From Candidatus Dojkabacteria bacterium (GTDB lineage: Bacteria; Patescibacteriota; Dojkabacteria; GCA-002793355), in contig CP129477.1 of assembly GCA_030583825.1 (NCBI GenBank), positions 138,259-202,258 of the forward strand: DNA of 64,000 nucleotides. Reading direction: 5' to 3'. Position numbers and translations under genes: made by a program. The notes below the pieces were generated by a model that was given only the letters and a program-made list of their open reading frames with translations, was not told the origin of the DNA and did no database searches. Positions 50,377 through 59,866 of this stretch are shown one piece after another; the first letter of the stretch is position 1, and each line of letters begins with the position of its first letter.

Positions 50377-51625
50377 AAACAAAAAAACACAAGATACTGC
50401 GTTTGATCTTTCCAGTCTTTTCCTGCGAAAAAACCGCAGGCGTGTACTTATATCGTCCGTGATATTAGTGCTGGTTATCGCATTTATCGTGGGGATCATC
50501 GTCATTGTTCAGCCGGGTAAGCTACTTTTTGGATCTACATACCGTACCATTGAAACCTCCGGAGATCTTAGCGAAAAACTTACTGTTGAGCCCGTAATCA
50601 CAGATTTAGAAGTTCCATGGAGCATTTCTTTTATTGATAACGATAGCTTTTTCTTTACAGAACGTCCGGGAAGACTTCGTTTGTATCGCAACGGAGAGTT
50701 ACTGCTAGAACCCGTTTTGGTAGTTGAAACCCTTGCAAACGGAGAAGCAGGCCTCTTGGGCATGACCTTGCATCCAGATTTCCCTTCTTCTCGATTTTTA
50801 TATCTTGCCTACACTTACCGACATAATGGATCAATCGCTGTAAAAATTGAAAGATATTCTGTAACTGAAGATTTAGCATTGACATCTCCACGAACATTAA
50901 TTGATCAGATCCCAGCTGGCGCATTTCACGCAGGTTGTAAACTTGCATTTGGGCCAGATAAAAAACTATATATTACAACCGGAGATGCGGGAGATCGCCA
51001 TTCTGCACAGTCGCTGGCATCGCTTGCAGGCAAAACACTGAGAATTAACGATGATGGCAGCATTCCTGACGATAATCCATTTGTAAATACTCCAGGTGCA
51101 CAAAAAGAAATTTGGTCATACGGACATCGAAATGCTCAGGCTCTTGACTGGGACAGCCACGGAATCATGTATCTTGCAGAGCACGGGCCATCCGGCTTTG
51201 ATGGCGGATTCGGCAATGACGAAATCAATATAATTACAAAAGGCGGAAATTATGGTTGGCCCGTACAAATTGGCAATGAAAAAGGCCAATGGGCAAATAA
51301 TGTAGAAATAATGATGCCGGTAAAAGTATATCCAGAAGCCATTGCCCCTGGTGGATTAACAATTCCAAAAAACAGTATTATTCCGGAGCTGAAAGATAAA
51401 GTGCTGGTATCCGGCCTTCGTGGAACAACAATTCTCGCACTTCGCATCGAGAAAGGCATTGTACTTTCGCAGGAACTTGTCATTGATAACTCATTTGGAA
51501 GAATTCGTGAACTTGTAACTTCACCGGAAGGCTATGTCTATTTCAGTACATCGAATAGAGATGGACGAGGCAATCCAAAATCCTCCGATGATGCGATTTA
51601 TAGAATCATCTTGAAAGAGGAATAG
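50357..51625 (+). CDS. Membrane-anchored PQQ-dependent sugar (glucose/sorbosone) dehydrogenase-family beta-propeller protein
   Basis: An N-terminal TM helix is followed by GLLGMTLHPDF...RFLYLAYTY and SYGHRNAQALDWD...DEINIITKGGNYGWP, which are GSDH-family motifs. Confidence 0.7.
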   Translation: MSQEQSKNKKTQDTAFDLSSLFLRKNRRRVLISSVILVLVIAFIVGIIVIVQPGKLLFGSTYRTIETSGDLSEKLTVEPVITDLEVPWSISFIDNDSFFFTERPGRLRLYRNGELLLEPVLVVETLANGEAGLLGMTLHPDFPSSRFLYLAYTYRHNGSIAVKIERYSVTEDLALTSPRTLIDQIPAGAFHAGCKLAFGPDKKLYITTGDAGDRHSAQSLASLAGKTLRINDDGSIPDDNPFVNTPGAQKEIWSYGHRNAQALDWDSHGIMYLAEHGPSGFDGGFGNDEINIITKGGNYGWPVQIGNEKGQWANNVEIMMPVKVYPEAIAPGGLTIPKNSIIPELKDKVLVSGLRGTTILALRIEKGIVLSQELVIDNSFGRIRELVTSPEGYVYFSTSNRDGRGNPKSSDDAIYRIILKEE

Positions 51626-51723
51626 TTTGTAGAATATCGGCACAAAACTTGATATAATTCCCTAGTTAGTATTAGTTTCATCTCTTAATAGAATTCCACG
51701 GCTTACAGTAGCTGAGGTAATAA

Positions 51724-51809
51724 GGAAGGGTGTCAGAGTGGTCGAATGAGACGGTCTTGAAAACCGTTATAGGGTCTCCCTATCGTGGGTTCGAATCCCA
51801 CCCCTTCCG
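51724..51809 (+). tRNA. tRNA-Ser(TGA), type II
   Basis: The acceptor stem is GGAAGGG/CCCTTCC. The anticodon stem is ACGGT/ACCGT with loop CTTGAAA. The variable arm is 17 nt. The T-arm is GTGGG-TTCGAAT-CCCAC. No CCA is encoded. Confidence 0.85.
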
Positions 51810-51844
51810 TATCTCGGAACACGCTCGAAATTCCCCTAACTAAC

Positions 51845-51885
51845 AGGCTTCTTCGGTTCGAATCTCATCCTCTTCTTCCTTTATA
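51845..51885 (+). other. Degenerate tRNA 3'-end-like fragment (CGGTTCGAATCTCATCC), a possible att-like remnant
   Basis: It lies about 40 nt downstream of tRNA-Ser(TGA) and resembles its T-arm GGGTTCGAATCCCACCC. It does not fold into a complete tRNA. Confidence 0.25.
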
Positions 51886-52095
51886 TTTCTCTTTTTCCAT
51901 GAGTTGTAAAAAACAACTGCGTATCCATAAAGGTTGTTGGCGATATTAAAAACTCTTTCATCGGAGAGCTTTTCACCATAACGAGGCTCAAAGATTTTTC
52001 GGACTTAGTCTAGGAATGATTGCAGCCATTTGGGGGAGTTAGATTCATAAGAACTGTGTTAATAAGTTACACTATTGTATAATTAGCCTACATAA

Positions 52096-52815
52096 GTGAA
52101 ACTTACTATTAAAATGAAATTTGAACTTGATAATTATGCTAGAAACATCTCCGACAATCTTCTGATTGAAGATTTAATTGCTATTGCTAATAAATTGAAC
52201 AAAAATTCAATTACTCACGATGAATACAATCGAGAGGGAAAGTATAGTAGCTCGACTTATCTCCGAAGATTTGGCAGTTGGTTTAATGCTTTAGAAAAAG
52301 CTGGTTTACAAAAAACTAGAACACCCGCAAATATTCCAGAGGAAGACTTATTTAGAAATATTGAGGAAGTTTGGACAAAGCTTGGTAGACAGCCACGATA
52401 TCAAGAAACTAAAACGCCACTTTCTAAATATAGTGCTGGAACTTACGAAAATCGTTTTGGCACCTGGCGGAAAGCACTCGAAAAATTCATATTATATATC
52501 AACGCAGACAAATTTGGTGAAGAAGAAGGTACAAACGATTCTCCAAATGAGGTAACTTCTGTTAATGATGATTCAGGAAAAGTTTTCAAGCATAAAACAA
52601 AAAGAGAAATATCCGAGAGATTACGATTTAGAATATTGATGAGGGATGGATTTACATGTAAGAAATGTGGTCGTAGCCCTATGAAAGAAATGGGGGTTGA
52701 GTTACATGTTGATCACATTGCCCCATGGTCAAAAGGTGGCGAAACTCTTCCCGAAAATTTAGAGACAAAATGCTCACGTTGTAATTTAGGAAAGGGAAAC
52801 GCTTTTAACGAATAG
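52096..52815 (+). CDS. HNH endonuclease with tandem N-terminal HNH-associated repeats
   Basis: The C-terminal HNH motif is HVDHIAPWSKGGETLPENLETKCSRCNLGKG. The unit KYSxxTYxxRFG[ST]WxxALEK occurs twice (KYSSSTYLRRFGSWFNALEKAG and KYSAGTYENRFGTWRKALEKF). The ORF has a GTG start, and an ATG at 52114 is an alternative. A TATAAT lies at 52078-52083. Confidence 0.7.
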   Translation: MKLTIKMKFELDNYARNISDNLLIEDLIAIANKLNKNSITHDEYNREGKYSSSTYLRRFGSWFNALEKAGLQKTRTPANIPEEDLFRNIEEVWTKLGRQPRYQETKTPLSKYSAGTYENRFGTWRKALEKFILYINADKFGEEEGTNDSPNEVTSVNDDSGKVFKHKTKREISERLRFRILMRDGFTCKKCGRSPMKEMGVELHVDHIAPWSKGGETLPENLETKCSRCNLGKGNAFNE

Positions 52816-52818
52816 ATC

Positions 52819-53352
52819 TTAGTTTAATTCTACTATGCCAGACAATGGATAAGCTGGAAGTATTTGATTTGCTGAATTGATGGCTTCGCTTCTCATTTTC
52901 TTTAAATATTCCGCGACAGCAGGATTAGTTATTTCAAGATTAACAATATTCTGTGCAATGATATCTAAAACATCATTTGTTATATCTATCATTAATTTAT
53001 TTATTGATATGTTACTTTCTCTTTGGTTAAGAGGATTAAGATGTAGGACTTTTGCTTCAATAGTGCGTTTATATTTCTTAAATAACTGGCTGACAGGGAG
53101 TTTGGGTAATATATTGTAAGCGTCGGAAATATGTGGTGATTTTTGTTTAGCCTGCTCAGTAAAAAAAAGATAAAGATTACGGCTATGAACAAATACCGAA
53201 GTCATTGCATATACCTGCATATGGATATTATCTTTAATCTTTTTATCTTCAATCAACTTCCACACCTTTGTAGCGCAAAGAAGATATTTAAGCTCATTAA
53301 ATAAGTGCACTTCAATATACTTATTAGTACCTGTAATTATAGGCATGACCAA
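52819..53352 (-). CDS. Hypothetical protein (177 aa), AT-rich, next to the HNH gene
   Basis: This is ORF-only evidence. No motif was recognised. Confidence 0.35.
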   Translation of the reverse strand: MVMPIITGTNKYIEVHLFNELKYLLCATKVWKLIEDKKIKDNIHMQVYAMTSVFVHSRNLYLFFTEQAKQKSPHISDAYNILPKLPVSQLFKKYKRTIEAKVLHLNPLNQRESNISINKLMIDITNDVLDIIAQNIVNLEITNPAVAEYLKKMRSEAINSANQILPAYPLSGIVELN

Positions 53353-53491
53353 AAATTAAAAGCTTAAATATTCTTAGGTAAGTTTAAATCAAACGACAAT
53401 CTCGGTAAACTTAACTCGAATTAGGAATGCAGGTCAAACCAAGTCCGAACTTTGTCCACCCCACACACTAAATAATCAGGTATAATACACA

Positions 53492-54394
53492 ATGAACCAA
53501 ACAAAAGGATTTATTGCCCTTATATCAACTGCCGCTATTTTAGGAACATTTGGAGTTCTTATTCGAGAACTTGCAAAAACATTCAGTGATCCTGGACAAG
53601 TTTTTGCACGCTCTTTTTTCGCACTACTTATAATCGTTGGTATTGTACTTTTCAAGAAAATAAACCCGCTAAAAATTGGGAAGAAAAACCTTAAATATAT
53701 TGTTGCATTTAGCATTGTTTTTCCTTTATCAATTCTCTGCTTCACAATCTCGGTAAACGCGATCAAGGTGACCAACAGTTTGTTTATGCTATACGTAGGA
53801 AGCCTTATTTCCACCGCATTTCTAGGGAGAATCTTTTTTAAAGAAACGTTTAGTGCACAACATATTATTGCACTCGTACTAGTACTTATTGGATTGGGCT
53901 TCTTTGTTTACCCATTCAGCATTGAATCATTGACTGTTGGACTTGTCTTAGGTCTTTTGGCAGGAATACTTGAAGGCTCCAGCCATACACTTCGAAAATT
54001 AATGAAAGATGTAAAGCGAGAAGTTGTTGTTTTTTATCAAAGCCTTTCTGGAGTAATTCTCGCAGCAGTACTACTGTTTTTCAGTGGAGAAGTCTTTATC
54101 AAAGAATTCCACGTGAGTGCAATTTTTGTAGCATTACTCTTCGGCGCATTACTTGTTGCAATCGGATACTTCCTTGTATATGGTTTTAGTAATTTCAATG
54201 TAAACTGGGGAACTATTATTCTTGCAACAGAGCTCTTTTTTGCTATCGTTGTAAACGCACTCATTCTAAAAGAATATCCGACCTTTTACGAACTCATTGG
54301 AGGATTATTAATTTTTGCAGGTACCGCTATTACGACATTAAAATTCGATGACGAGCTTATAAAACTACTGAAACAGAGATTCAATTTAAAGTAA
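53492..54394 (+). CDS. EamA/DMT-superfamily transporter
   Basis: The 300-aa product has about 10 TM helices in the duplicated EamA-like architecture. Confidence 0.6.
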   Translation: MNQTKGFIALISTAAILGTFGVLIRELAKTFSDPGQVFARSFFALLIIVGIVLFKKINPLKIGKKNLKYIVAFSIVFPLSILCFTISVNAIKVTNSLFMLYVGSLISTAFLGRIFFKETFSAQHIIALVLVLIGLGFFVYPFSIESLTVGLVLGLLAGILEGSSHTLRKLMKDVKREVVVFYQSLSGVILAAVLLFFSGEVFIKEFHVSAIFVALLFGALLVAIGYFLVYGFSNFNVNWGTIILATELFFAIVVNALILKEYPTFYELIGGLLIFAGTAITTLKFDDELIKLLKQRFNLK

Positions 54395-54742
54395 TTGCTT
54401 AAATATATGCAGATTTCTTACAACGAATTCGACAAAGTAGATATCCGTGTTGGAAAAATAGTCCACATCGAAGACTTTCCCGAAGCACGAAAACCAGCAT
54501 ACAAGCTAGAAATTGATTTCGGCCCTGAAATTGGAATGAAATGGTCTTCAGCGCAAATCACCGTCCACTACCAAAAAGAAGACCTGCTCGGCAAATTAGT
54601 CATTGCCGTCGTTAATTTCCCTCCAAAACAGATTGGCCCATTCATGTCTGAGTGCCTTACCCTCGGAGTTCCTGACAAAAACGGAGATGTCGTATTGTTA
54701 AGCCCTACAAAAAGTGTCCCCCTTGGTGGGAAGATGTTTTAA
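54395..54742 (+). CDS. tRNA-binding-domain protein (CsaA/Trbp111-like, OB fold)
   Basis: VDIRVGKIVHIEDFPEARKPAYKLEIDFGPEIG...LGKLVIAVVNFPPKQIGPFMSE matches the MetRS-C/CsaA tRNA-binding domain. Confidence 0.7.
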   Translation: MLKYMQISYNEFDKVDIRVGKIVHIEDFPEARKPAYKLEIDFGPEIGMKWSSAQITVHYQKEDLLGKLVIAVVNFPPKQIGPFMSECLTLGVPDKNGDVVLLSPTKSVPLGGKMF

Positions 54743-56028
54743 ACCCACTCAATATCCGCTCCTAAGCCTTTCAGCTTCTCTGCAAAGTGAGGATGTGCCC
54801 GCTTGATAGAATCTGCACCGCGAATTGTGCTTTCCCCTTCAATAGATAACGCCACCATCGTCAGTGAAATTGCTGCACGAATAATATTAGGAGCATCTAC
54901 AGTTGCCGCGCTTAATTCATGTCCGCCATAAATAATGACTCGGTGCGGGTCACATAATGTTGCCTTCACTCCAAACTTTACCAGCTCTGGAATCCAGAAC
55001 AATCCACCTTCATAGACTTTGTTCCAAAACATAATTTCTCCTTTCGCTTTAACTGCAAGCGCGATCATCAATGGGTGCAGATCAACTGGGAAGTATGGCC
55101 ATGGAGCGGCTTCTATCTTTTGCAGCATATTCTGTGTAAACGGCTTTTCAATAACTAAACGCTGACTTTTACGAACAATCGCTGTATTGCCATCGTATTC
55201 GACGTAAACTCCAAGCTTTTTAAATGCTCTCACGATCAATGGAAAATGTTCCGGCAGTGCATTTTGCACTTCAATTTCACCGCCGGTCATTGCTCCAAGC
55301 GCAAGAAATGTCGTTATTTCGTGATGATCACTCCAAATAGTATATTCTGTTCCTGATAGCGTTTCGACTCCTTCGATGACCAATGTGCTTGTTCCAATGC
55401 CTTCGATTTTTGCTCCCATTTGCACAAGAAAACGGCATAATTCCTGCACATGAGGCTCACACGCAGCATTTGTAATTTTAGACTTCCCTTTTGCCAAAAC
55501 TGCACCGTTAATAAAGTTCTCGGTTGTGGTTACACTCATATAATCGGGCCATAATTCTCCACCTGTAAATCGGCCATCAACGCTTAGCTCGATAATATCC
55601 CCGCGGACAACTTTTGTTCCTAATGCTTCAAGTGCATCAAGATGCGGATCAATTTCGCGAATGCCAAGTGCACATCCCCCAATCTCGTTTTTCATTCGGA
55701 GCTTTTTCATCCGAAATAGTAGCGGAGGAAAAAGCAAAATCGAGCCTCTCATCCCGATAGGAAAATCTTCTGTGAACAAGTCTCTATTGAGTTTTGAGTT
55801 GTTAATAACCATCGTTGTAGAATCTTTGTCCCACTGAATATCACTGCCTATCGACTGCAGCTGCTCTACAAGCTTGTTGACATCTGTCAGATCTGGAACA
55901 TTATGAAGTGTTATGGTTTCGTCTGTTAACAACGACGCACACAAAATAGGTAGCACACTATTCTTATTTCCAGACGGAGTAACTGAACCTGACAATGGAT
56001 TGCCTCCATTCACAATAATATTGCTCAT
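54739..56028 (-). CDS. murA: UDP-N-acetylglucosamine 1-carboxyvinyltransferase
   Basis: The 429-aa product begins with VNGGNPLSGSVTPSGNKNSVLPIL and shows the EPSP-synthase fold pattern. Confidence 0.85.
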   Translation of the reverse strand: MSNIIVNGGNPLSGSVTPSGNKNSVLPILCASLLTDETITLHNVPDLTDVNKLVEQLQSIGSDIQWDKDSTTMVINNSKLNRDLFTEDFPIGMRGSILLFPPLLFRMKKLRMKNEIGGCALGIREIDPHLDALEALGTKVVRGDIIELSVDGRFTGGELWPDYMSVTTTENFINGAVLAKGKSKITNAACEPHVQELCRFLVQMGAKIEGIGTSTLVIEGVETLSGTEYTIWSDHHEITTFLALGAMTGGEIEVQNALPEHFPLIVRAFKKLGVYVEYDGNTAIVRKSQRLVIEKPFTQNMLQKIEAAPWPYFPVDLHPLMIALAVKAKGEIMFWNKVYEGGLFWIPELVKFGVKATLCDPHRVIIYGGHELSAATVDAPNIIRAAISLTMVALSIEGESTIRGADSIKRAHPHFAEKLKGLGADIEWV

Positions 56029-56133
56029 AAAAAGATGATCATATTATGTACGGAATGAGTGAGAAAAAAGTACTCGAATTGAGACCTAGAATATTTAATT
56101 ATAACACACTATAAATATCGCACATATGGACAT

Positions 56134-56169
56134 AGTTAGATTATTAGATAACTATCTAAATATCTAACT
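56134..56169. promoter_or_regulatory. Nested imperfect palindrome (putative operator) in the divergent murA / DUF1801 intergenic region
   Basis: AGTTAGAT-TAT-TAGATA-AC-TATCTA-AAT-ATCTAACT. The outer 8-bp arms and the inner 6-bp arms are each perfect reverse complements. Confidence 0.4.
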
Positions 56170-56313
56170 CTCAAACTGCTAACAATAGCAGAGACTGCTA
56201 AATCAAATCACTATCGTATCGTTTTGCTTTCATATTTCAGAAATAAGCGCATTAAAATCAGGTTCATTCTGTAAGTGATAGAATAACTATATTACTTAAT
56301 ACCTACTCTTCTC

Positions 56314-56670
56314 ATGAATATACAAGAGCAAATTGATTCTTACATCCAAAGCCTCCCTTCGTGGCAACAAGACAACCTAAAGCTATTTCGTAAGGTGCTT
56401 CACAATGCCATGCCTGATATTGTTGAAGATTGGAAATGGGCTGTTCCAGTATTTCTCATTAAAAAGAAAGTACTTTTTGCAATGTCAGCATTTAAAGCGC
56501 ATACAAAGTTCAATTTCTTTGTTGGATCTATAATTTCAGATCAACATAAGCTCTTTAATGGCGGACTGGATTCCAAAAAACACCGCTCAATTGATCTGCA
56601 TGAAGGTGAAAAAGTTAATGAGCAAAAACTTATAGACTTAGTGCACGAAGCCATTAATTCAGTGAAATAA
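56314..56670 (+). CDS. DUF1801 (YdhG-like) family protein
   Basis: The product is 118 aa and begins QEQIDSYIQSLPSWQQDNLKLFRKVLHNAMPDIVEDWKW, which is the typical DUF1801 start. Confidence 0.55.
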   Translation: MNIQEQIDSYIQSLPSWQQDNLKLFRKVLHNAMPDIVEDWKWAVPVFLIKKKVLFAMSAFKAHTKFNFFVGSIISDQHKLFNGGLDSKKHRSIDLHEGEKVNEQKLIDLVHEAINSVK

Positions 56671-56672
56671 GC

Positions 56673-57068
56673 ATGCAGCAAGTTGTCACAATTATTACAA
56701 AAGGTGAACAAGTTCTCATCGGAAAGCTCACGCAAGAAAAGAAAGAGGCATTTGGCGGATTAGAATACGTGTTTCCCGGAGGGAAAGTTGAAGAATCTGA
56801 AACTTTAGAAGAAGCTGCTATTCGCGAGGCCTACGAAGAAACCGGGCTTAATGTAGAAATCTCTCAACATATTGGAGAACGAATTCATCCGGTCACGCAA
56901 AAAGAAATTCATTATTTTCTGTGCAAAGTCATGAGTGGAGAGTTAACTGTGGCGCACGAAAAGAATAACGATATCGAGGAACTTTTATGGGTAGACAGGC
57001 AGAAACTTTTAGAATACATGCCGACGCTATTTGAAAAAGTAGCACAATTTTTTAACCTGAGATCATAA
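56673..57068 (+). CDS. NUDIX hydrolase
   Basis: The Nudix box GGKVEESETLEEAAIREAYEETGL is present. Confidence 0.8.
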   Translation: MQQVVTIITKGEQVLIGKLTQEKKEAFGGLEYVFPGGKVEESETLEEAAIREAYEETGLNVEISQHIGERIHPVTQKEIHYFLCKVMSGELTVAHEKNNDIEELLWVDRQKLLEYMPTLFEKVAQFFNLRS

Positions 57069-57115
57069 TTCACGCGTTGATTTGGAAAAGATACCGTTAT
57101 ACCGATTTTTTACAA

Positions 57116-57994
57116 CTAAGTTTCTAAGTATTCCCCGCGCACATACGAACCTAGAATTTTCAAATGCTTCGTATAGCTGACAAGCTCCTGAATTGCTTTC
57201 ATAAACTTTGGGTTATTGGCATTTGCAAGCACGTCGAGATAAAAACGATATTCCCAATCTGTATTTAGCACAGGGCGGCTTTCAATTTTTGTAAGGGCAA
57301 GCCCTCGTTTCGCAAAACATCCAAGCGCTTTGTACAAAGAGCCTGCTTCTTCTCCTAGCTGAAACTGGATAGTCGTTTTACGCTTTTGCTTCTCTTTGTT
57401 TGTCATGTACTGAGAAACTTCTTTTCGCATTTCCGGGCGCGTCACGACAAAAAACCGCGTGTAATTTTTAGGGTTCTCATGAATATTTTCTGCAATCACT
57501 TCCATTCCGTAATACTCTGCTGCAAAGCGACTGGCACAAGCTCCGGCACTTTGAAGCTTTTTCTTTTTGACCATTTTTACCGCCCCAGCAGTGTCATCAT
57601 GCTCAATAAATTCGATATTCGGGTGATTTTGTATAAAGGCCTGAATCTGCCCAAGCCCAACGGGATGGCTATAAACACGCTTTATGTCGGGCACATTTTT
57701 GCCCGGATGGGCAATTAGATGAAAATTAATTTTAAGAATAATTTCTCCAATAAGCGAGCTTTCGTTTTTCGAAATATTGTCGTAGTTTTGGTAAATTGAG
57801 CCGTATGTAGAGTTTTCAATAGGCACAACCGCCGCATGTGCCCCACCACGAGAGAGGGCGCTAAAGACATCGCCAAATGTGTCACATTCAATAAGGCTGA
57901 TATCTCTACCGAATAGTTTCATTGCCGCAATATGGGAAAAAGACGCAACTTTTCCTTGAATCGCAATTATTATTTTTGTTTTTGCTTCTGCCAC
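57116..57994 (-). CDS. pheA: Prephenate dehydratase (PDT domain plus C-terminal ACT domain)
   Basis: The product begins IAIQGKVASFSHIAAMKLFG, continues through the PDT domain to a C-terminal ACT-like region, and is 292 aa. Confidence 0.7.
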   Translation of the reverse strand: MAEAKTKIIIAIQGKVASFSHIAAMKLFGRDISLIECDTFGDVFSALSRGGAHAAVVPIENSTYGSIYQNYDNISKNESSLIGEIILKINFHLIAHPGKNVPDIKRVYSHPVGLGQIQAFIQNHPNIEFIEHDDTAGAVKMVKKKKLQSAGACASRFAAEYYGMEVIAENIHENPKNYTRFFVVTRPEMRKEVSQYMTNKEKQKRKTTIQFQLGEEAGSLYKALGCFAKRGLALTKIESRPVLNTDWEYRFYLDVLANANNPKFMKAIQELVSYTKHLKILGSYVRGEYLET

Positions 57995-58321
57995 AAGAGA
58001 AATTATAACACTCCTGTGGTGAAAAAGAGTACAACGTTCTCACCCGCACTATAGGTTTCGTAGTATAATCCTGTGTTGATGTGATTGGGATCCTGCGAGA
58101 TGATGGGCAATGGTAAAGACGGTTAAGTGCACTTATGATGGTGCACAATGCAATTTCCGCAGATGTATTGCTTTTCACGAAGTGTATGGCGGTTGTCCCA
58201 CTGACCGCAGGTACTGGCCGCAAAACGCGGACAGGAAAGAGAATTCGGATCAATTCTTTAATTCTGACGAGGAATTGAAACCCGAATTTAAGAAAAAGTC
58301 CTAACAAGCTGGGGGAGCAAT

Positions 58322-59155
58322 GTGTATTTTTACCCATCCCAATCGCCAATCATTGCTCCTCCAACCCAACCTGTTATCATTTACATAATGACACTTTCCA
58401 AAAAGCAACAATTAATGGCAAGCCTAGTTCAGGAAATGACGCAAGATAAGACTGCGGCATCGCTACAAGCAACGCGAAAAGGCAAAGTTGTGGATATTGG
58501 ACTTGTGAACCATTTCCAACTTCATGATCTTATTCCAAATAAGTGGTTTGATTGGACACGACGTGCGAATGCATCAATTATGATAGTTGGTCAGGATTGG
58601 GGGCCATATATCGCTTTAAAACGTTATTTGGACGACTACGAAGCACAAAAAGATCTTCCTGATTTTAACTATGACAAGTTTTTATTTTCTGGATTTTCCT
58701 CTCGCACAGAAAAGTTTATTTTAAAAGCTATCACCGAGGCGTATTTTTTGGCGACAAACAATGAAATTCCACAGGAAAAATGGAATGACATCATATTTAC
58801 AATGTCTGTGTTATTCACCCGCCAAGGAAAGCACTTTCGAGGAACAGAATTCTTCGACAATGAAAAAAGTAGAAATCACAGTTTTTCCTATGTGTCTCGA
58901 CAAATAGATATTGTTAAGCCAAAAGTAATCATGACTCTTGGAGGGATGGCGTGGCAAACGGTTGCGGAACATTTTTCACTCACACAGTTTAAAGGTCAGA
59001 CAGTAACACAAGTAATACAGAACGTTTCAGATCGCGGATATATTCAATTGGAACATACAACGATTATTCCGAATTTTCACCCAGCATCTCATGTCTCTCC
59101 GGCAATTATGAAAAAGATTTGGCAAAGTAAGCCTTTCTTGGATGCGCTGGTATAA
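58322..59155 (+). CDS. Uracil-DNA-glycosylase-superfamily protein (family 4/5-like)
   Basis: A motif-A-like stretch IMIVGQDWGP is present. The C-terminal motif-B-like stretch reads KPKVIMTLGGMAWQ...IIPNFHPASHVSP. The start may be the internal Met at 58388. Confidence 0.4.
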   Translation: MYFYPSQSPIIAPPTQPVIIYIMTLSKKQQLMASLVQEMTQDKTAASLQATRKGKVVDIGLVNHFQLHDLIPNKWFDWTRRANASIMIVGQDWGPYIALKRYLDDYEAQKDLPDFNYDKFLFSGFSSRTEKFILKAITEAYFLATNNEIPQEKWNDIIFTMSVLFTRQGKHFRGTEFFDNEKSRNHSFSYVSRQIDIVKPKVIMTLGGMAWQTVAEHFSLTQFKGQTVTQVIQNVSDRGYIQLEHTTIIPNFHPASHVSPAIMKKIWQSKPFLDALV

Positions 59156-59206
59156 TTATTGTAAGTTCACACGAGTTTCACACACTTAGCGATACTATAA
59201 ATACAT

Positions 59207-59866
59207 ATGAGATTACTGTTAGTAGAAGATGAGCTCGCAATTGCTCAACCATTAAAAACAGCACTGGAAAAAAGACAGTTCGCTGTAGATATTGCCATAG
59301 ACGGAAAAGAAGGCTTTGATAAAGCTCGGTTTACCAATTACGACTGTATCATTCTTGATCTAAACTTGCCCGAAATGGATGGTCTTGATGTTGCAAAACA
59401 GTTACGACAAAAGAACATCCGTACCCCTATTTTAATGCTGACTGCGCGAACTTCTCAGGACAATATTTACGAAGGATTTGAATCGGGAACAGACGATTAC
59501 CTTCCAAAACCCTTTGATTTTAAAGAATTACTTTACAGAGTTCAGGCACTCATCCAGCGGAATGTCGCAGCCCCCGAAACGACGCTTACATACAGAGACA
59601 TTACTGTTGATACACGTGGATTACATGTTAGGTACAAGAATCAGGAAGTAAAACTCACGGCAAAGGAATATGGCATTATTGAGTATCTCATGCGCCATAA
59701 GGGAAGAGTTATCAGCCAGGAAGAACTTTTAGAGCATGTCTGGAATGAAAATATTGACGAACTGAGCCAAACTGTACGAACAACCATAAAAACACTTCGT
59801 AAAAAGGTGGATCCTGATAAAACACTTATTCAAACATTCAAAGGAAAAGGCTATGTCATCAATTAA
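59207..59866 (+). CDS. OmpR-family response regulator
   Basis: It has a receiver domain (DCIILDLNLPEMDG) and a winged-helix C-terminal domain. Confidence 0.85.
   Translation: MRLLLVEDELAIAQPLKTALEKRQFAVDIAIDGKEGFDKARFTNYDCIILDLNLPEMDGLDVAKQLRQKNIRTPILMLTARTSQDNIYEGFESGTDDYLPKPFDFKELLYRVQALIQRNVAAPETTLTYRDITVDTRGLHVRYKNQEVKLTAKEYGIIEYLMRHKGRVISQEELLEHVWNENIDELSQTVRTTIKTLRKKVDPDKTLIQTFKGKGYVIN

Noticed and set aside
53380-53480. A possible second att-like direct repeat of the tRNA-Ser 3' end (CCACCCC) that would bound the HNH islet.
   Set aside because: Only a 7-nt match was found, which is too short to be meaningful.
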